Part shown: piece by piece, positions 26,090-35,900 of the stretch | Numbering within the stretch: the first letter of the stretch is position 1 | Layout of the letters: each line of letters starts with the position of its first letter | Source of the DNA: Bugula neritina | Lineage: Eukaryota > Animalia > Bryozoa | Reading direction: 5' to 3' | Assembly (NCBI GenBank): GCA_964035545.1 | Contig: OZ037773.1 | Coordinates: forward strand, 62,001-126,000 | DNA: 64,000 nt | Program-made: the position numbers and the translations under genes | The notes under the pieces: generated by a model | What the model was told of the DNA's origin: nothing | The model's input: only the letters and a program-made list of their open reading frames with translations | The model's database searches: none

Positions 26090-29000
26090 TCACATACGAA
26101 GTCCTTCAAGTATGCGGGGGGTTGCCTCGTACGCTGTCCCCTTTCTAGGGGGGGGTGACACGCTTGCCGGTTCGTTAGTAGGGGCCTCTAATGGCGTCTC
26201 TACTTCACCGTCAGCAGTCACCTCTTCTTGTTCTCCGGATGCAGCCCCTCCCTCCGTGGGGTTTTGCACTTCCGGAACCGGCTCGGTTTCTGGAAGTGAT
26301 GGAATCAGACTTGGCGGTGGCGGACACGCTTCTGTTGGCAGAAGCTGCCGCTCCTCTCTCACCAAGTTTTCTTCCCGCGGTATGACCACTTCGTATTCAG
26401 GTCCATGCCGCCGTCGCCCGCGCGTTGTTGTCTGCCTTCTGGGCTCTAACAACGGGGGGGCTTCTCCCACCCCGCCGGGGCTAGCCCAATACGGTTTCAA
26501 GCGAGACTCATTCTGGATAGACACCTGTCCTGAGCGCTCAATCTTGTACGTATGATTGGGCATAGCCTCGACGACCACGTAGGGGCCTACGAACTTAGGC
26601 TTCAGCTTATCAGCCTGTCCGCGGCGCCTACGGTAATTGACCATCCACACCTTATCTCCTCTTTGATAGAGGGGTGGTTCATCGGAATCTTCGTGCCGCA
26701 CCTTCCACTGCTGTTGACGCAGTATCTCGTGTGCGGCCTTCATCCGTTCCACTAGTTCACTGGCATACTCGTGGATTGAGTTATCCTGCTCTGGAACGTG
26801 ATAGGTGAGATGGTCAGGGACACGAGTCTCTCTCCCGAGCATCAAGAGGTTTGGGGTCTCACCAGTACTGGTGTGTGGGGTGCTACGGTATGCACGCATG
26901 ACTTGCGGCAACACCGTATCCCATTCCTCTTGACCTCGTCCAAGGAGGAGACTCCGGAGTGCATCACCTAGCATCCGGTTGTTGCGCTCCACCACCCCGT
27001 TACCTTGGGGGTGGTAGGGGGTGGTCCTGCTCTGATTTACTCCCCAGAGGTGGCAAAGGTCGCTCATCAGTTGAGACTGGAATTGAGCGCCTTGATCAGA
27101 GTGTATCTGTTCGGGAAGCCCAAAATAACAGAATACATGTTGGTCTAGTGCCCTGGCCACTGTTGGGGCTGATGCATCTGGGATAGCCAGAGCATCCGCC
27201 CACCTAGTAAAGTGGTCGGTTAGTACTAGGATCCAATTATTGCCTCTGGGGGTCAGGGGCATGGGTCCGACCAGGTCTACAGCGACTACTTGCCAGGGCC
27301 TGCCAGCATATAGCCTCCGCCGTCCTGCTTCACCAGGGGGGCGGCTATGCTTACTGGCCTGGCAGATCTCACACTGTTTGACTCTGAGCCGGACGTCACG
27401 CTCCATCTGCGGCCAATACCACCGGAGTCGTAATTTGGATATCACTCGCTTGACCCCTGCGTGGGCCTGCTTGTGAGTATCCCAAATCAACTCACGGCGG
27501 ATGGCTGTGGGGCAGACTACCCTCTTCCTTTCCGGGTGTCTGCCGCTGGCAGCTAGAGAGATGGTTAGCAAACCATCCTGCCCGATCCGCAGCGAGTCCC
27601 AACGCTGACAGTATAGCCGGAACTCGGCGCATCCCTGTCTTATGCGTTCCTCGCTGGGTCGTCGCCCTTCCCGTTTGGCCCGGTATATGTCTGCCACGAC
27701 TCCAGGCAGTTCTTCTTGGAGCTTCTTCAGCTCTCGAACATTACCGGCCAGTACAGGGTTGGCGCGGAGGTTTTGCACATCCTCCGGGGACTCATCAACT
27801 CTCTGCCTGAGTTGACCTTGATCCCAGTCAAACGGTGCTCCGTGATGAGCCAGCGTCTCCAACTCGCATCGTGGGGGACCTCCATCCCTCCTCTCGATGT
27901 TGAGACACTGTTTGCAACCTCCGTCAGGTCGGCGACTCAACCCATCCGCATTGCTGTGTCTCTTGCCCGGTCGATGTTCGATCCGGTACGAGAATTCAGC
28001 TAGGATTTCGAGCCACCGGGCGACCTGACTAGAGGGCTCTGCTCTCCTGCACAACCAGATCAGCGAGGCATGATCCGTACGCAGCCGGAACTTCCTGCCA
28101 TATAGGTATGGTCTGAAGTGCTTCACTGACTTGATTACTGCCAGCAGTTCCTTGCGGGTAGTGCAGTAATTTCGTTCAGCGGGAGAGAGAGACTTGCTGT
28201 AGTAGGCTACTACTACTTCTCGGCCTTCCTGCACTTGTGACAGCACAGCGCCAACATTCTGGTCACTGGCGTCCGTGTCTAGGATGTACTCCAGAGTGGG
28301 GTCTGGGTAGGCCAAGATGGGCGCCGTTAGGAGGCAGCCCTTGAGGCGGTCGAACGCTTCTTGTTCGACTGGGGTCCACTGCCACGTCACTCCCTTTGCG
28401 GTAAGCCGGTTTAAAGGCTGGGCTATGCCCGCAAAGTCTGGTATGTATTGCCTGTAATACCCTACCAGCCCCAAGAAAGCCCGGAGTCCGGTCAAGTCTT
28501 GGGGGGTGACCCAGTCTTCTACTGCCCGTACCTTTTCGGGATCCGTTGCCACGCCGTTTCGACCGACAACGTGCCCCAGGTACTTGACCTCCGGCTGCAA
28601 CAGAGCGCACTTGGAAGGTTTGAGCTTAAGACCGGCACGTCGGAGTCTCTCGAAAACCTCCTGCAGACGACTGACATGTGTCTCGAAGTCTGGAGAGATT
28701 ACGATGACATCATCGAGGTAGACCAGCAGTGTCTTCCAATGGAGTCCGCTAAGGACTTGTTCCATCAGCCTCTGGAAGGTGGCTGGGGCGGAGGTTAACC
28801 CGAAGGGCAGCACCTTCCACTTCCACAAACCGTCCCGTGTGATAAACGCCGCTTTCTCTTGGGCGTCGGGACTCAGAGGAACCTGCCAATAGCCGCTTAG
28901 CAAGTCTAACGTACTGAAGTACTTGCTGCCGGCTAGGGCGTCCAATGACTCGTCAATACGAGGTAGAGGGTAGGCGTCCTGTATGGTTACGCTATTGAGT

Positions 29001-30490
29001 TTGCGGTAGTCCACACAGAACCGCCAACTGCCGTCTTTCTTCCGGACCAGTACGACTGGCGAGCTCCACGCACTATGGGCGGGCTCTATCAGTCCCCGGT
29101 CCAGAAGATCCCGTACTTGTCGGCTAACCTCCTTCTCTTTCTCCGGCCCCAGCCTGCGTGTGGGCTGCCGGACAGGGACTGTCCCTGCAGTCAGCGGTAT
29201 TTCGTGTCTGACAATTCCAGTCAGTCCCACGTCATGCTCTCCGCTGCTGAACACATCACCGTAGTCGCGTAGTAACTTGGCCATAGCCTGGCGCTCTCTG
29301 TTACTCGCGCAGCCGCCACTGGCTGTTTCGTATAACTCCCGGAGATGTGTTGGGACTGCCCCTCGTCCCTGAATAGGGTGTCGAGAGAGTGCCTCCGTCG
29401 CATCACCCAGCGACGGGCCTACGTCTCCCTCCTGAACAGAGTGAAAACGGCCCAGCATCGACCCAGCCGGGAGCTTGATAGGCTCGGTAAAGGGGTTGAC
29501 GCACTGCACTAAGATCTCCCCTTGTTCAGTCAGCTGATTCAGACTGCTGGCAAGTTGGATCTTTTCGTGCGCGCCTTCAACCACCCCGAGTCCAGAGATC
29601 CGGCTACTATTCACCCTGCAGTGAATGGTAGCCCGGGAGCGGCCTGGTATGGTACGGTTGCGTACCACTTGCACACCTCCCACTAAAGGGCAGCCGAACT
29701 TGTCGACGCAGGCGAGTTCCCGCCCGGACATCATCATTGCAGATCTGCTAAAATCTATGTGACATCCGTGCCGTTTAAGGAACGGCATCCCGAGGATAGC
29801 ATCCTCCTTGAGCTGACTGACGATGAACGTCTCTTGGATCGTTTGATCGCGGACTCGTCCCGTCAGCTCAATTATACCATAGAAGGGAAGGCATGACCCG
29901 TCAGCTAGGGTGCCGTACTCCCCTTCGTATGCTTCCATCTCGCCCCTGACCCTAGCACTGAGGGTGTCGAAGAGTTGGCGGCTTAAGAGGTTTGTGGTAC
30001 AGCCCGAATCAATGAGAAAAGTAACAGCTTTGCCTTCCAGTTTACCGGGCAAGAAATAGCTGTTCCCATGGGGCTGCACCTGAACTCTCCCTTCAGGCCT
30101 TACTCTCGCAGGGAGTACCTCCCTCGCTTTGGGTCGCGAAGGAGGTCTCTTGGGGCGGTGATAGGTAGGCCTCGGGGGTGCCGAGGCTAGATTCTCAGCT
30201 ACCTTTGCGTGCTCCCATCCAGATTCTTGGACTTGTAGCCCTGTGAATCTGTTGTGAAGGGGCATAGAAAAGGCAGCCGCGGGGCGAAGCCCCTTGCTGG
30301 TCCGTCGTGGCTGTTGCCACTGTTGGTTGCCAGTACGCGGTACCCGTCTGGGTGACCTGCGTTTCTTCTTCCCTAGAGGTTTCGTCGGCCCGCGGAAGGT
30401 GGGAACATCTGCGGGCCGCGGTAGTTTAACCCCTGATTTAGGAAGGGACAATATCGGCGGAAATGTCCTTGATTTCCGCACTCCCAGCAA
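26090..30490 (-). CDS. pol: Pol polyprotein (PR-RT-RNase H-INT), expressed by -1 frameshift from gag
   Basis: LIDSG protease, YLDD RT, TDAS RNase H, HHCC integrase zinc finger, DDE core, KFVGPY (GPY/F) module, Pro/Glu-rich tail. Confidence 0.97.
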   Translation of the reverse strand: MLGVRKSRTFPPILSLPKSGVKLPRPADVPTFRGPTKPLGKKKRRSPRRVPRTGNQQWQQPRRTSKGLRPAAAFSMPLHNRFTGLQVQESGWEHAKVAENLASAPPRPTYHRPKRPPSRPKAREVLPARVRPEGRVQVQPHGNSYFLPGKLEGKAVTFLIDSGCTTNLLSRQLFDTLSARVRGEMEAYEGEYGTLADGSCLPFYGIIELTGRVRDQTIQETFIVSQLKEDAILGMPFLKRHGCHIDFSRSAMMMSGRELACVDKFGCPLVGGVQVVRNRTIPGRSRATIHCRVNSSRISGLGVVEGAHEKIQLASSLNQLTEQGEILVQCVNPFTEPIKLPAGSMLGRFHSVQEGDVGPSLGDATEALSRHPIQGRGAVPTHLRELYETASGGCASNRERQAMAKLLRDYGDVFSSGEHDVGLTGIVRHEIPLTAGTVPVRQPTRRLGPEKEKEVSRQVRDLLDRGLIEPAHSAWSSPVVLVRKKDGSWRFCVDYRKLNSVTIQDAYPLPRIDESLDALAGSKYFSTLDLLSGYWQVPLSPDAQEKAAFITRDGLWKWKVLPFGLTSAPATFQRLMEQVLSGLHWKTLLVYLDDVIVISPDFETHVSRLQEVFERLRRAGLKLKPSKCALLQPEVKYLGHVVGRNGVATDPEKVRAVEDWVTPQDLTGLRAFLGLVGYYRQYIPDFAGIAQPLNRLTAKGVTWQWTPVEQEAFDRLKGCLLTAPILAYPDPTLEYILDTDASDQNVGAVLSQVQEGREVVVAYYSKSLSPAERNYCTTRKELLAVIKSVKHFRPYLYGRKFRLRTDHASLIWLCRRAEPSSQVARWLEILAEFSYRIEHRPGKRHSNADGLSRRPDGGCKQCLNIERRDGGPPRCELETLAHHGAPFDWDQGQLRQRVDESPEDVQNLRANPVLAGNVRELKKLQEELPGVVADIYRAKREGRRPSEERIRQGCAEFRLYCQRWDSLRIGQDGLLTISLAASGRHPERKRVVCPTAIRRELIWDTHKQAHAGVKRVISKLRLRWYWPQMERDVRLRVKQCEICQASKHSRPPGEAGRRRLYAGRPWQVVAVDLVGPMPLTPRGNNWILVLTDHFTRWADALAIPDASAPTVARALDQHVFCYFGLPEQIHSDQGAQFQSQLMSDLCHLWGVNQSRTTPYHPQGNGVVERNNRMLGDALRSLLLGRGQEEWDTVLPQVMRAYRSTPHTSTGETPNLLMLGRETRVPDHLTYHVPEQDNSIHEYASELVERMKAAHEILRQQQWKVRHEDSDEPPLYQRGDKVWMVNYRRRRGQADKLKPKFVGPYVVVEAMPNHTYKIERSGQVSIQNESRLKPYWASPGGVGEAPPLLEPRRQTTTRGRRRHGPEYEVVIPREENLVREERQLLPTEACPPPPSLIPSLPETEPVPEVQNPTEGGAASGEQEEVTADGEVETPLEAPTNEPASVSPPPRKGTAYEATPRILEGLRM
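30369..30430 (-). promoter_or_regulatory. -1 ribosomal frameshift signal: G_UUA_AAC plus H-type pseudoknot
   Basis: Heptamer 30430-30424; 5-nt spacer; stem CGGCCCGC/GCGGGCCG; loop TTCCC pairs with downstream GGGAA; pol is in the -1 frame. Confidence 0.82.
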
Positions 30491-31332
30491 AAACTGACTG
30501 TTTCTCCCTGTGGCGGCGCCGATGGCCGCATGGGCTCAGGGGCGGTACTCACTGGGTTTTGTGGTGTCAGTGTTGCTATCAGCTTGGCTAGCATGTCCGT
30601 CAGTTGAGTGACTTTTGATGCCGTCGCCAACTGGGACACGGCAGCCGCGGCGGGGGTTTCCTCCCCTTGTCCCGCGGCCGTGTCTGCGCGGTCTATCTCC
30701 ACTTGGCGGGAGCTTCCGCGACTTTTATGCATTTGGTTAGCTAGGAGGTAAGCTTCCCCCTCAGTCAGAGCATCTTCAACGGTGGTGACTCCCCTAGCTA
30801 GAAACTGGTGGTGGAGACCCAGATCGTCGACAGATGCTATGAAAGCGTCGAGGGTGTACCTCTCGCGGTTGACTGGGGGCAAGTCGCTGTACGCGATCTG
30901 TGCCAGCTTCATGACCGCGGCGGCATGCTCCCGCAGCGGGGTGCGGGGATCACGCCGCAACCTCTGCAATCGGGACCTGGCATCTGTAGCAGAGAGGCCA
31001 AAGCGGGCCCGCAGAGAAGCAAAGATATTATCAATGTCTACGCCCAGCCCATAGGGCTTGGCTTTGTCCATCAATGCCATTCTAAGCTTCAACAGGGCCA
31101 CCCTAGGGGGCCACTGAGCGACGTCCATTACGTCGCTAAACTCTTGGATAAATTGTTCCACCTCCTCTTCACCCGTGAAGGTGGGCGCCTTTAACCTGTA
31201 GCGGTCTTCAGCTAGTTCTCGCGGAACCCTTCGCTCTTCTACTACATGGTTAACAGGCATTGTCTCTACAGCATTGTCTCTACGCTCACCTTCGATTGCC
31301 GGTGGTTGAGTTCCAGCATTTTCAGTCTCCAT
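30373..31332 (-). CDS. gag: Gag (319 aa) with a C-terminal CCHC zinc knuckle
   Basis: ATG 12 nt after the PBS; CWECGNQGHFRRYC. Confidence 0.96.
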   Translation of the reverse strand: METENAGTQPPAIEGERRDNAVETMPVNHVVEERRVPRELAEDRYRLKAPTFTGEEEVEQFIQEFSDVMDVAQWPPRVALLKLRMALMDKAKPYGLGVDIDNIFASLRARFGLSATDARSRLQRLRRDPRTPLREHAAAVMKLAQIAYSDLPPVNRERYTLDAFIASVDDLGLHHQFLARGVTTVEDALTEGEAYLLANQMHKSRGSSRQVEIDRADTAAGQGEETPAAAAVSQLATASKVTQLTDMLAKLIATLTPQNPVSTAPEPMRPSAPPQGETVSFCWECGNQGHFRRYCPFLNQGLNYRGPQMFPPSAGRRNL

Positions 31333-31344
31333 CTTGGATGCACT

Positions 31345-31362
31345 ATCCCACCGCTGCCACCA
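31345..31362 (-). promoter_or_regulatory. Primer-binding site (tRNA-Leu)
   Basis: TGGTGGCAGCGGTGGGAT, an 18-nt complement of the metazoan tRNA-Leu(AAG/TAG) 3' end. Confidence 0.93.
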
Positions 31363-31363
31363 C

Positions 31364-31669
31364 TGTTATGTTTTTCAGTTTTAGGGTTGATATGCTATCC
31401 AGAGAGTCTATTTATCTAGTATAGAACTGCACCAGGCTAAGTCGAGTGAACGAGTATATTTTATACACAACTATACATTATAAAAACACGATACATTATT
31501 TCTAACAAGTTACACATCTAATCTATTTCACACTCTAGCTTCGACTGAGTTAGCAGCGGGAAACTACAATTGCTGCTAACTATCAACTACGCTAATTGGC
31601 TATCCATTGTTCCGGGTCAATTACGCGACCCCACATGTTGTGCTGCTGGTAGTTCCACGAACCACCACA
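31364..31669 (-). repeat. 5' LTR of C
   Basis: Identical to the 3' LTR; followed by the PBS. Confidence 0.97.
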
Positions 31670-31683
31670 CATGATTGAGATAT

Positions 31684-31998
31684 TGTTATAATTTCCACAA
31701 TTATAATAAGTATGGGGATTCGTGTATACTATAGTTATCCACGTTGCATTGCCAAACACCAGACGAGTAATTAAGAGAGAAGAAGATTTATTTCCCACAC
31801 TAAGTACACAAGTAAAAGTAGTATAGTTTTAGTAGCACACATATATAAAACATTTATCCTAGTACACTCAGCATCACGCTTTAACTGAATTGTATTATGA
31901 AACTGTCCGGAAGCCTTTCTGCTTCACCGGGGGTAATCACGTACTTAGTGGGGATTGGCTAGTGAGCACGTGGCGCTTACGCTTCACTGGCCACTACA
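31684..31998 (-). repeat. 3' LTR of A2 (Y-type)
   Basis: Minus strand TGTAGTGGCCAGTGAAGCG...TATAACA preceded by PPT GCTGGAGGAGGCGG; homologous to the B 5' LTR. Confidence 0.85.
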
Positions 31999-32303
31999 CC
32001 GCCTCCTCCAGCAGGGAGCCTACTTCCTGCTAAAAAAATGAGTGGGAGGGAAGCGTAAAAAAAAAACATGAATATATATATATATATAAAAAAATACGAT
32101 ACCGGAATAAAAATGTACATAAGAAAAAATACTAAGATACGTGTATCTTAGTGTTTTTTCTTGTGTGTACACAATTAATATCTTTCTAATCCTATTTACA
32201 AAATACAGTTTTCACAGCCCCGGTGGAGCACCAGGATGGAGGGAGACGGAGGAAATATATCCGGAGACGAAGGTGGTGTAGGGAGAGGGGAAAGAGTGTC
32301 ACA

Positions 32304-32794
32304 CTAATCCTTAGTGGCACGTTTCAGCCGATTTATAGACTCCTGGAGGGACTTCAACTCGCTGCTTTTACTCTGAGAGCCAACAGATGCACTTCCCTCT
32401 CGAGCTCGTTGGTCCTTACTTCGACTTCCCGCAGGTTACGGGCCAGTGGAGAGGAACGGGAGGGGAACTGATGAGGTCGATGTCTCCGGATCTTTACAAC
32501 ATAATTCTAGTGACAATCGACTGTTACTAGTCTGAGAGTCACAACTTTTATAAGGCACTCCAGAGACCAGTTGATTACGTGTAGACTGACCAAGAATGAC
32601 AGTGTCTAGCTCGAGATCTAACAGATCGTCGGCCATTACTGCGTCCTCATCGTCATTCACGTTAAACGTGGTCCCCAGTAACTCTGATTCAATCCGACTG
32701 ATTAGTTCAGAATTAACTGGCATCGGGCCTGTTTCCATAGATAGTAACACAAGACTTATACAGGCTTACCTGTGAACTTGGTATTGATCGACAT
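32304..32794 (-). pseudogene. Short ORF3 variant of A2 (micro-exon 32794-32770; coiled-coil exon from ~32491, frameshifted)
   Basis: ATG TCG ATC AAT ACC AAG TTC ACA G|GTAAGC; downstream RNLREVEVRTNELEREVHLLA...ELKSLQESINRLKRATKD* aligns to the ORF3 C-terminus. Confidence 0.6.
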
Positions 32795-32903
32795 ACTCAA
32801 CGTTCAGTAGTGGTAGTTGTGAGCTTAAGAGGTAGTTGTGAAATACGTCTGCCCTTGGCGATGTCAGCGTAGGAAAAGGCCGGGCAGCGTGTTTGCTCTT
32901 TGC

Positions 32904-35900
32904 TCAGAGCGCATCAATTCCTCCCACTACTCCGCCCTCGCAAAAGTTGATATTTGCGTGGGGCTCACAACTCTTACATTTGCCCGATAATTCTCTCGTA
33001 CGGTTTCCCCCTAGACTTTCATACGCGCCGCTTTGGACGCAGTCACATACAAAATCTTTTAAATATGATGGGGGTTGCCTCGTACGTTGTCCCCGCTCTA
33101 GGGAAGGTGACGCACTCACCGGTGGACTAGTGGGTACCACTGGCGGTGCTTCTGGTTCACTGGTAGTGATTACTTCTTCCCGTTCTCCTGATGGAGCCCC
33201 TCCCTCCGTGGGGGTTTGCACTTCTGGAACCGGCTCGGTTTCCGGAAGTGATGGTATCAGATTTGGTATAGGAGGCGGCGGACGCACCTCTGTGGGTAGG
33301 AGCGGACGCTCGTCTCGTACCAAGTCCTCTTCCAGCGGAATGACCACTTCATACTCATGTCCATACCGCCGTCACCCACGCGTTGTCGTCTGCCTCCTGG
33401 GCTCCAACAAAGGGGGGGGGCTTCGCCCACTGTGTCTGTGCTAGCCCATTACGGCTTCAAGCAAGCCTCAATTTGGATGGACATCTGTCCTGAGCGCTGG
33501 ATCTTGTAGGTATGGTTGGGCATAGCCTCGACTATCACCTAGGGTCCCACGAACTTAGGCTGTAACTTAGCCGCCTGCCCGCGACGCCTACGATAATTGA
33601 CCATCCACACCCAATCTCCTGTCTGATAGAGGGGTGGTTCCTTGGAATCCTCGCGCCGCACCTGCCACTGCTTCTCCCGCAGCATTTCGTGTGCGACCCT
33701 CATCCGTTCCACTAGTTCGCTGGCATACTCGTAAATCGAGCTGTCTTGCTCTGGAATGTGGTAGGTAAGATGGTCAGGAACCCGGGTCTCTTTCCCGAGC
33801 CTCAGGAGGTTTGGGGTCTTACCAGTACTGGTGTGCGGGGTGCTACGGTATGCGCGCATGACTTGTGGCAATACCGTATCCCATTCCTCTTGACTGCGTC
33901 CGAGTAGTAGACTCCGGAGCGCATCACCTAGCATCCGGTTATTGCGCTCCACCACCCCGTTGCCTTGGGGCTGGTAAGGAGTGGTCCTGCTCTGATTTAC
34001 TCCCAGGAGGCAGCAAAGGTCGCTCATCAGTTGAGACTGAAATTGAGCGCCTTGGTCAGAGTGTATCTGCTCGGGGAGGCCAAAGTAGCAGAATACATGT
34101 TTGTCTAGCACCCTGGCCACTGTCGGGGCTGACGCACCTGGAATAGCCAGAGCGTCTGCCCACCTGGTAAAGTGGTTGGTTAATACTAAGATCCAACTAT
34201 TGCCTCTGGGGGTTGGGAGCATGGGTTCGACCAGGTCGACAGCTACTACTTGCCACGGCCTTCCAGCATATAACCTTCGCCGTCCCGCTTCACCAGGGAG
34301 ACGGCCATGCTTGCTGGCCTGGCAGATTTCACACTGTTTTACTCTGAGTCGAACATCCCGCCCCATCTTGGGCCAATACCACCGGAGTTGCAATTTGGAG
34401 ATCACTCTTTTGACTCCTGCGTGAGCCTGCTTGTGAGTGTCCCAAATTAACTCACGGCGTATGGCAGTGGGACAGACCACCCTCTTCCTCTTCTCTGCCT
34501 TAGCTGTTCCTTGCTGAGTCGTCGCCCTTCCTTTTTGGCCCGATATACGTCTGCCAACACTCCAGGCAGGTTTTCCTGAAGCCTCTTCAGTTGCCGGACG
34601 TTATCGGCCAAAGCAGGGTTGGCGTGGAGGTTCTGTATAACCTCCGAGGGTTCGTCAACTGTCTGTTGGAGTTGACCCTGGTCCCAGTCAAACCGTGCTC
34701 CGTGGTGAGCCAGTGTCTCTAACTCATATCGTGGGGGACCTCCATCCCTCTTTTTGATGTTGAGATACTGTTTACAACCCCCGCCAGGTCGTCGGCTCAA
34801 GCCATTCGCATTGCTGTGCCTCTTACCCAGTCGATGTTCGATCGGGTAAGAAAACTCGGCTAGAATTTAGAGCCACCGGGTGACCTGACTAGACGGTTCT
34901 GCTCTCTTGCACAACCAAATCAAGAAGGCATGATCCGTACGCAGCCGGAACTTCCTGCCATACAGATAGGGTCGGAAGTGCTTCACTGACTTGATTACTG
35001 CCAGCAACTCCTTGCCGGTAGTGCAGTAAATTCGTTCAGTGTGTGAGAGAGACATGCTGTAGTAAGCTACTACTACTTCCCGGCCTTCCTGCACCTGCGA
35101 CAGCACAACGCCAACATTCTAGTCACTGGCGTCTGTGTCGAGGATGTACTCCAGAGTAGGATCTAGTTAGACCAAGATGGGTGCCGCCAGTCGGCAACCC
35201 TTGAGGCGGTCAAACCTCCACTGCCACGTCACTTCCTTTGCGGTGAGCCGGTTTAACGGCTGCGCTATCCCCGCAAAGTCTGGTATGTATTGCCTGTAAT
35301 ACTCTGCCAGACCCAGAAAAGCCTGGAGTCCGGTCAAGTCTTGGGGGGTGACCCAGTCTTCTATTGCCCGTACCTTTTCGAAATCTGTGGCCACGCCGTT
35401 TCGACCGACAACGTGCCCCAAATACTTGACCTCCGGCTGCAATAGGTTTTAGCTTCAAACCGGCACCTCTGAGTTTTTCGAAAACTTCTCTCAGACGACT
35501 GACGTGTGTCTTGAAGTCTGGGGAGATCACGATGACGCCATCGAGGTAGATCAGCAGTGTCTTCCAATGGAGCCCGCTGAGGACTTGTTCCATCAGCCTC
35601 TGGAAGGTGGCTGGGGCGGAGGTCAGTCAAAACGGCAGTACCTTCCACTTCTACAATCCGTCCCATATTAAAAAACGCCGCCTTCTCCTGGGCGTCGGGA
35701 CTCAGAGGGACCTGCCAGTAACCGCTCAATAAGTCTAACGTACTGAAGTACTTGCTGTCGGCTAGGGCCTCCAAGGAATCGTCAATACGAGGTAGAGGGT
35801 AGGCGTCCTGTATGGTCACGCTATTGAGCTTGCGGTAGTCCACACAGAACCGCCATCTTCCGTCTTTCTTCCGGACCAAGACGACCAGCGGGCTCCATGC

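Larger units (their letters stand above)
24168..31669 (-). mobile_element. Full-length young Ty3/Gypsy element C (7502 bp): LTR-PBS-gag-pol-ORF3-PPT-LTR
   Basis: Two 306-bp LTRs identical by eye; 4-bp TSD CATG (24164-24167, 31670-31673); perfect 18-nt PBS; open gag and pol. Confidence 0.98.

Noticed and set aside
26112-31194. Plus-strand ORFs antisense to gag/pol
   Set aside because: Shadow frames of GC-rich coding sequence with no recognisable motifs.
31345-31362. tRNA gene
   Set aside because: Only 18 nt matching a tRNA-Leu 3' end including CCA, positioned next to the LTR, so it is a PBS.
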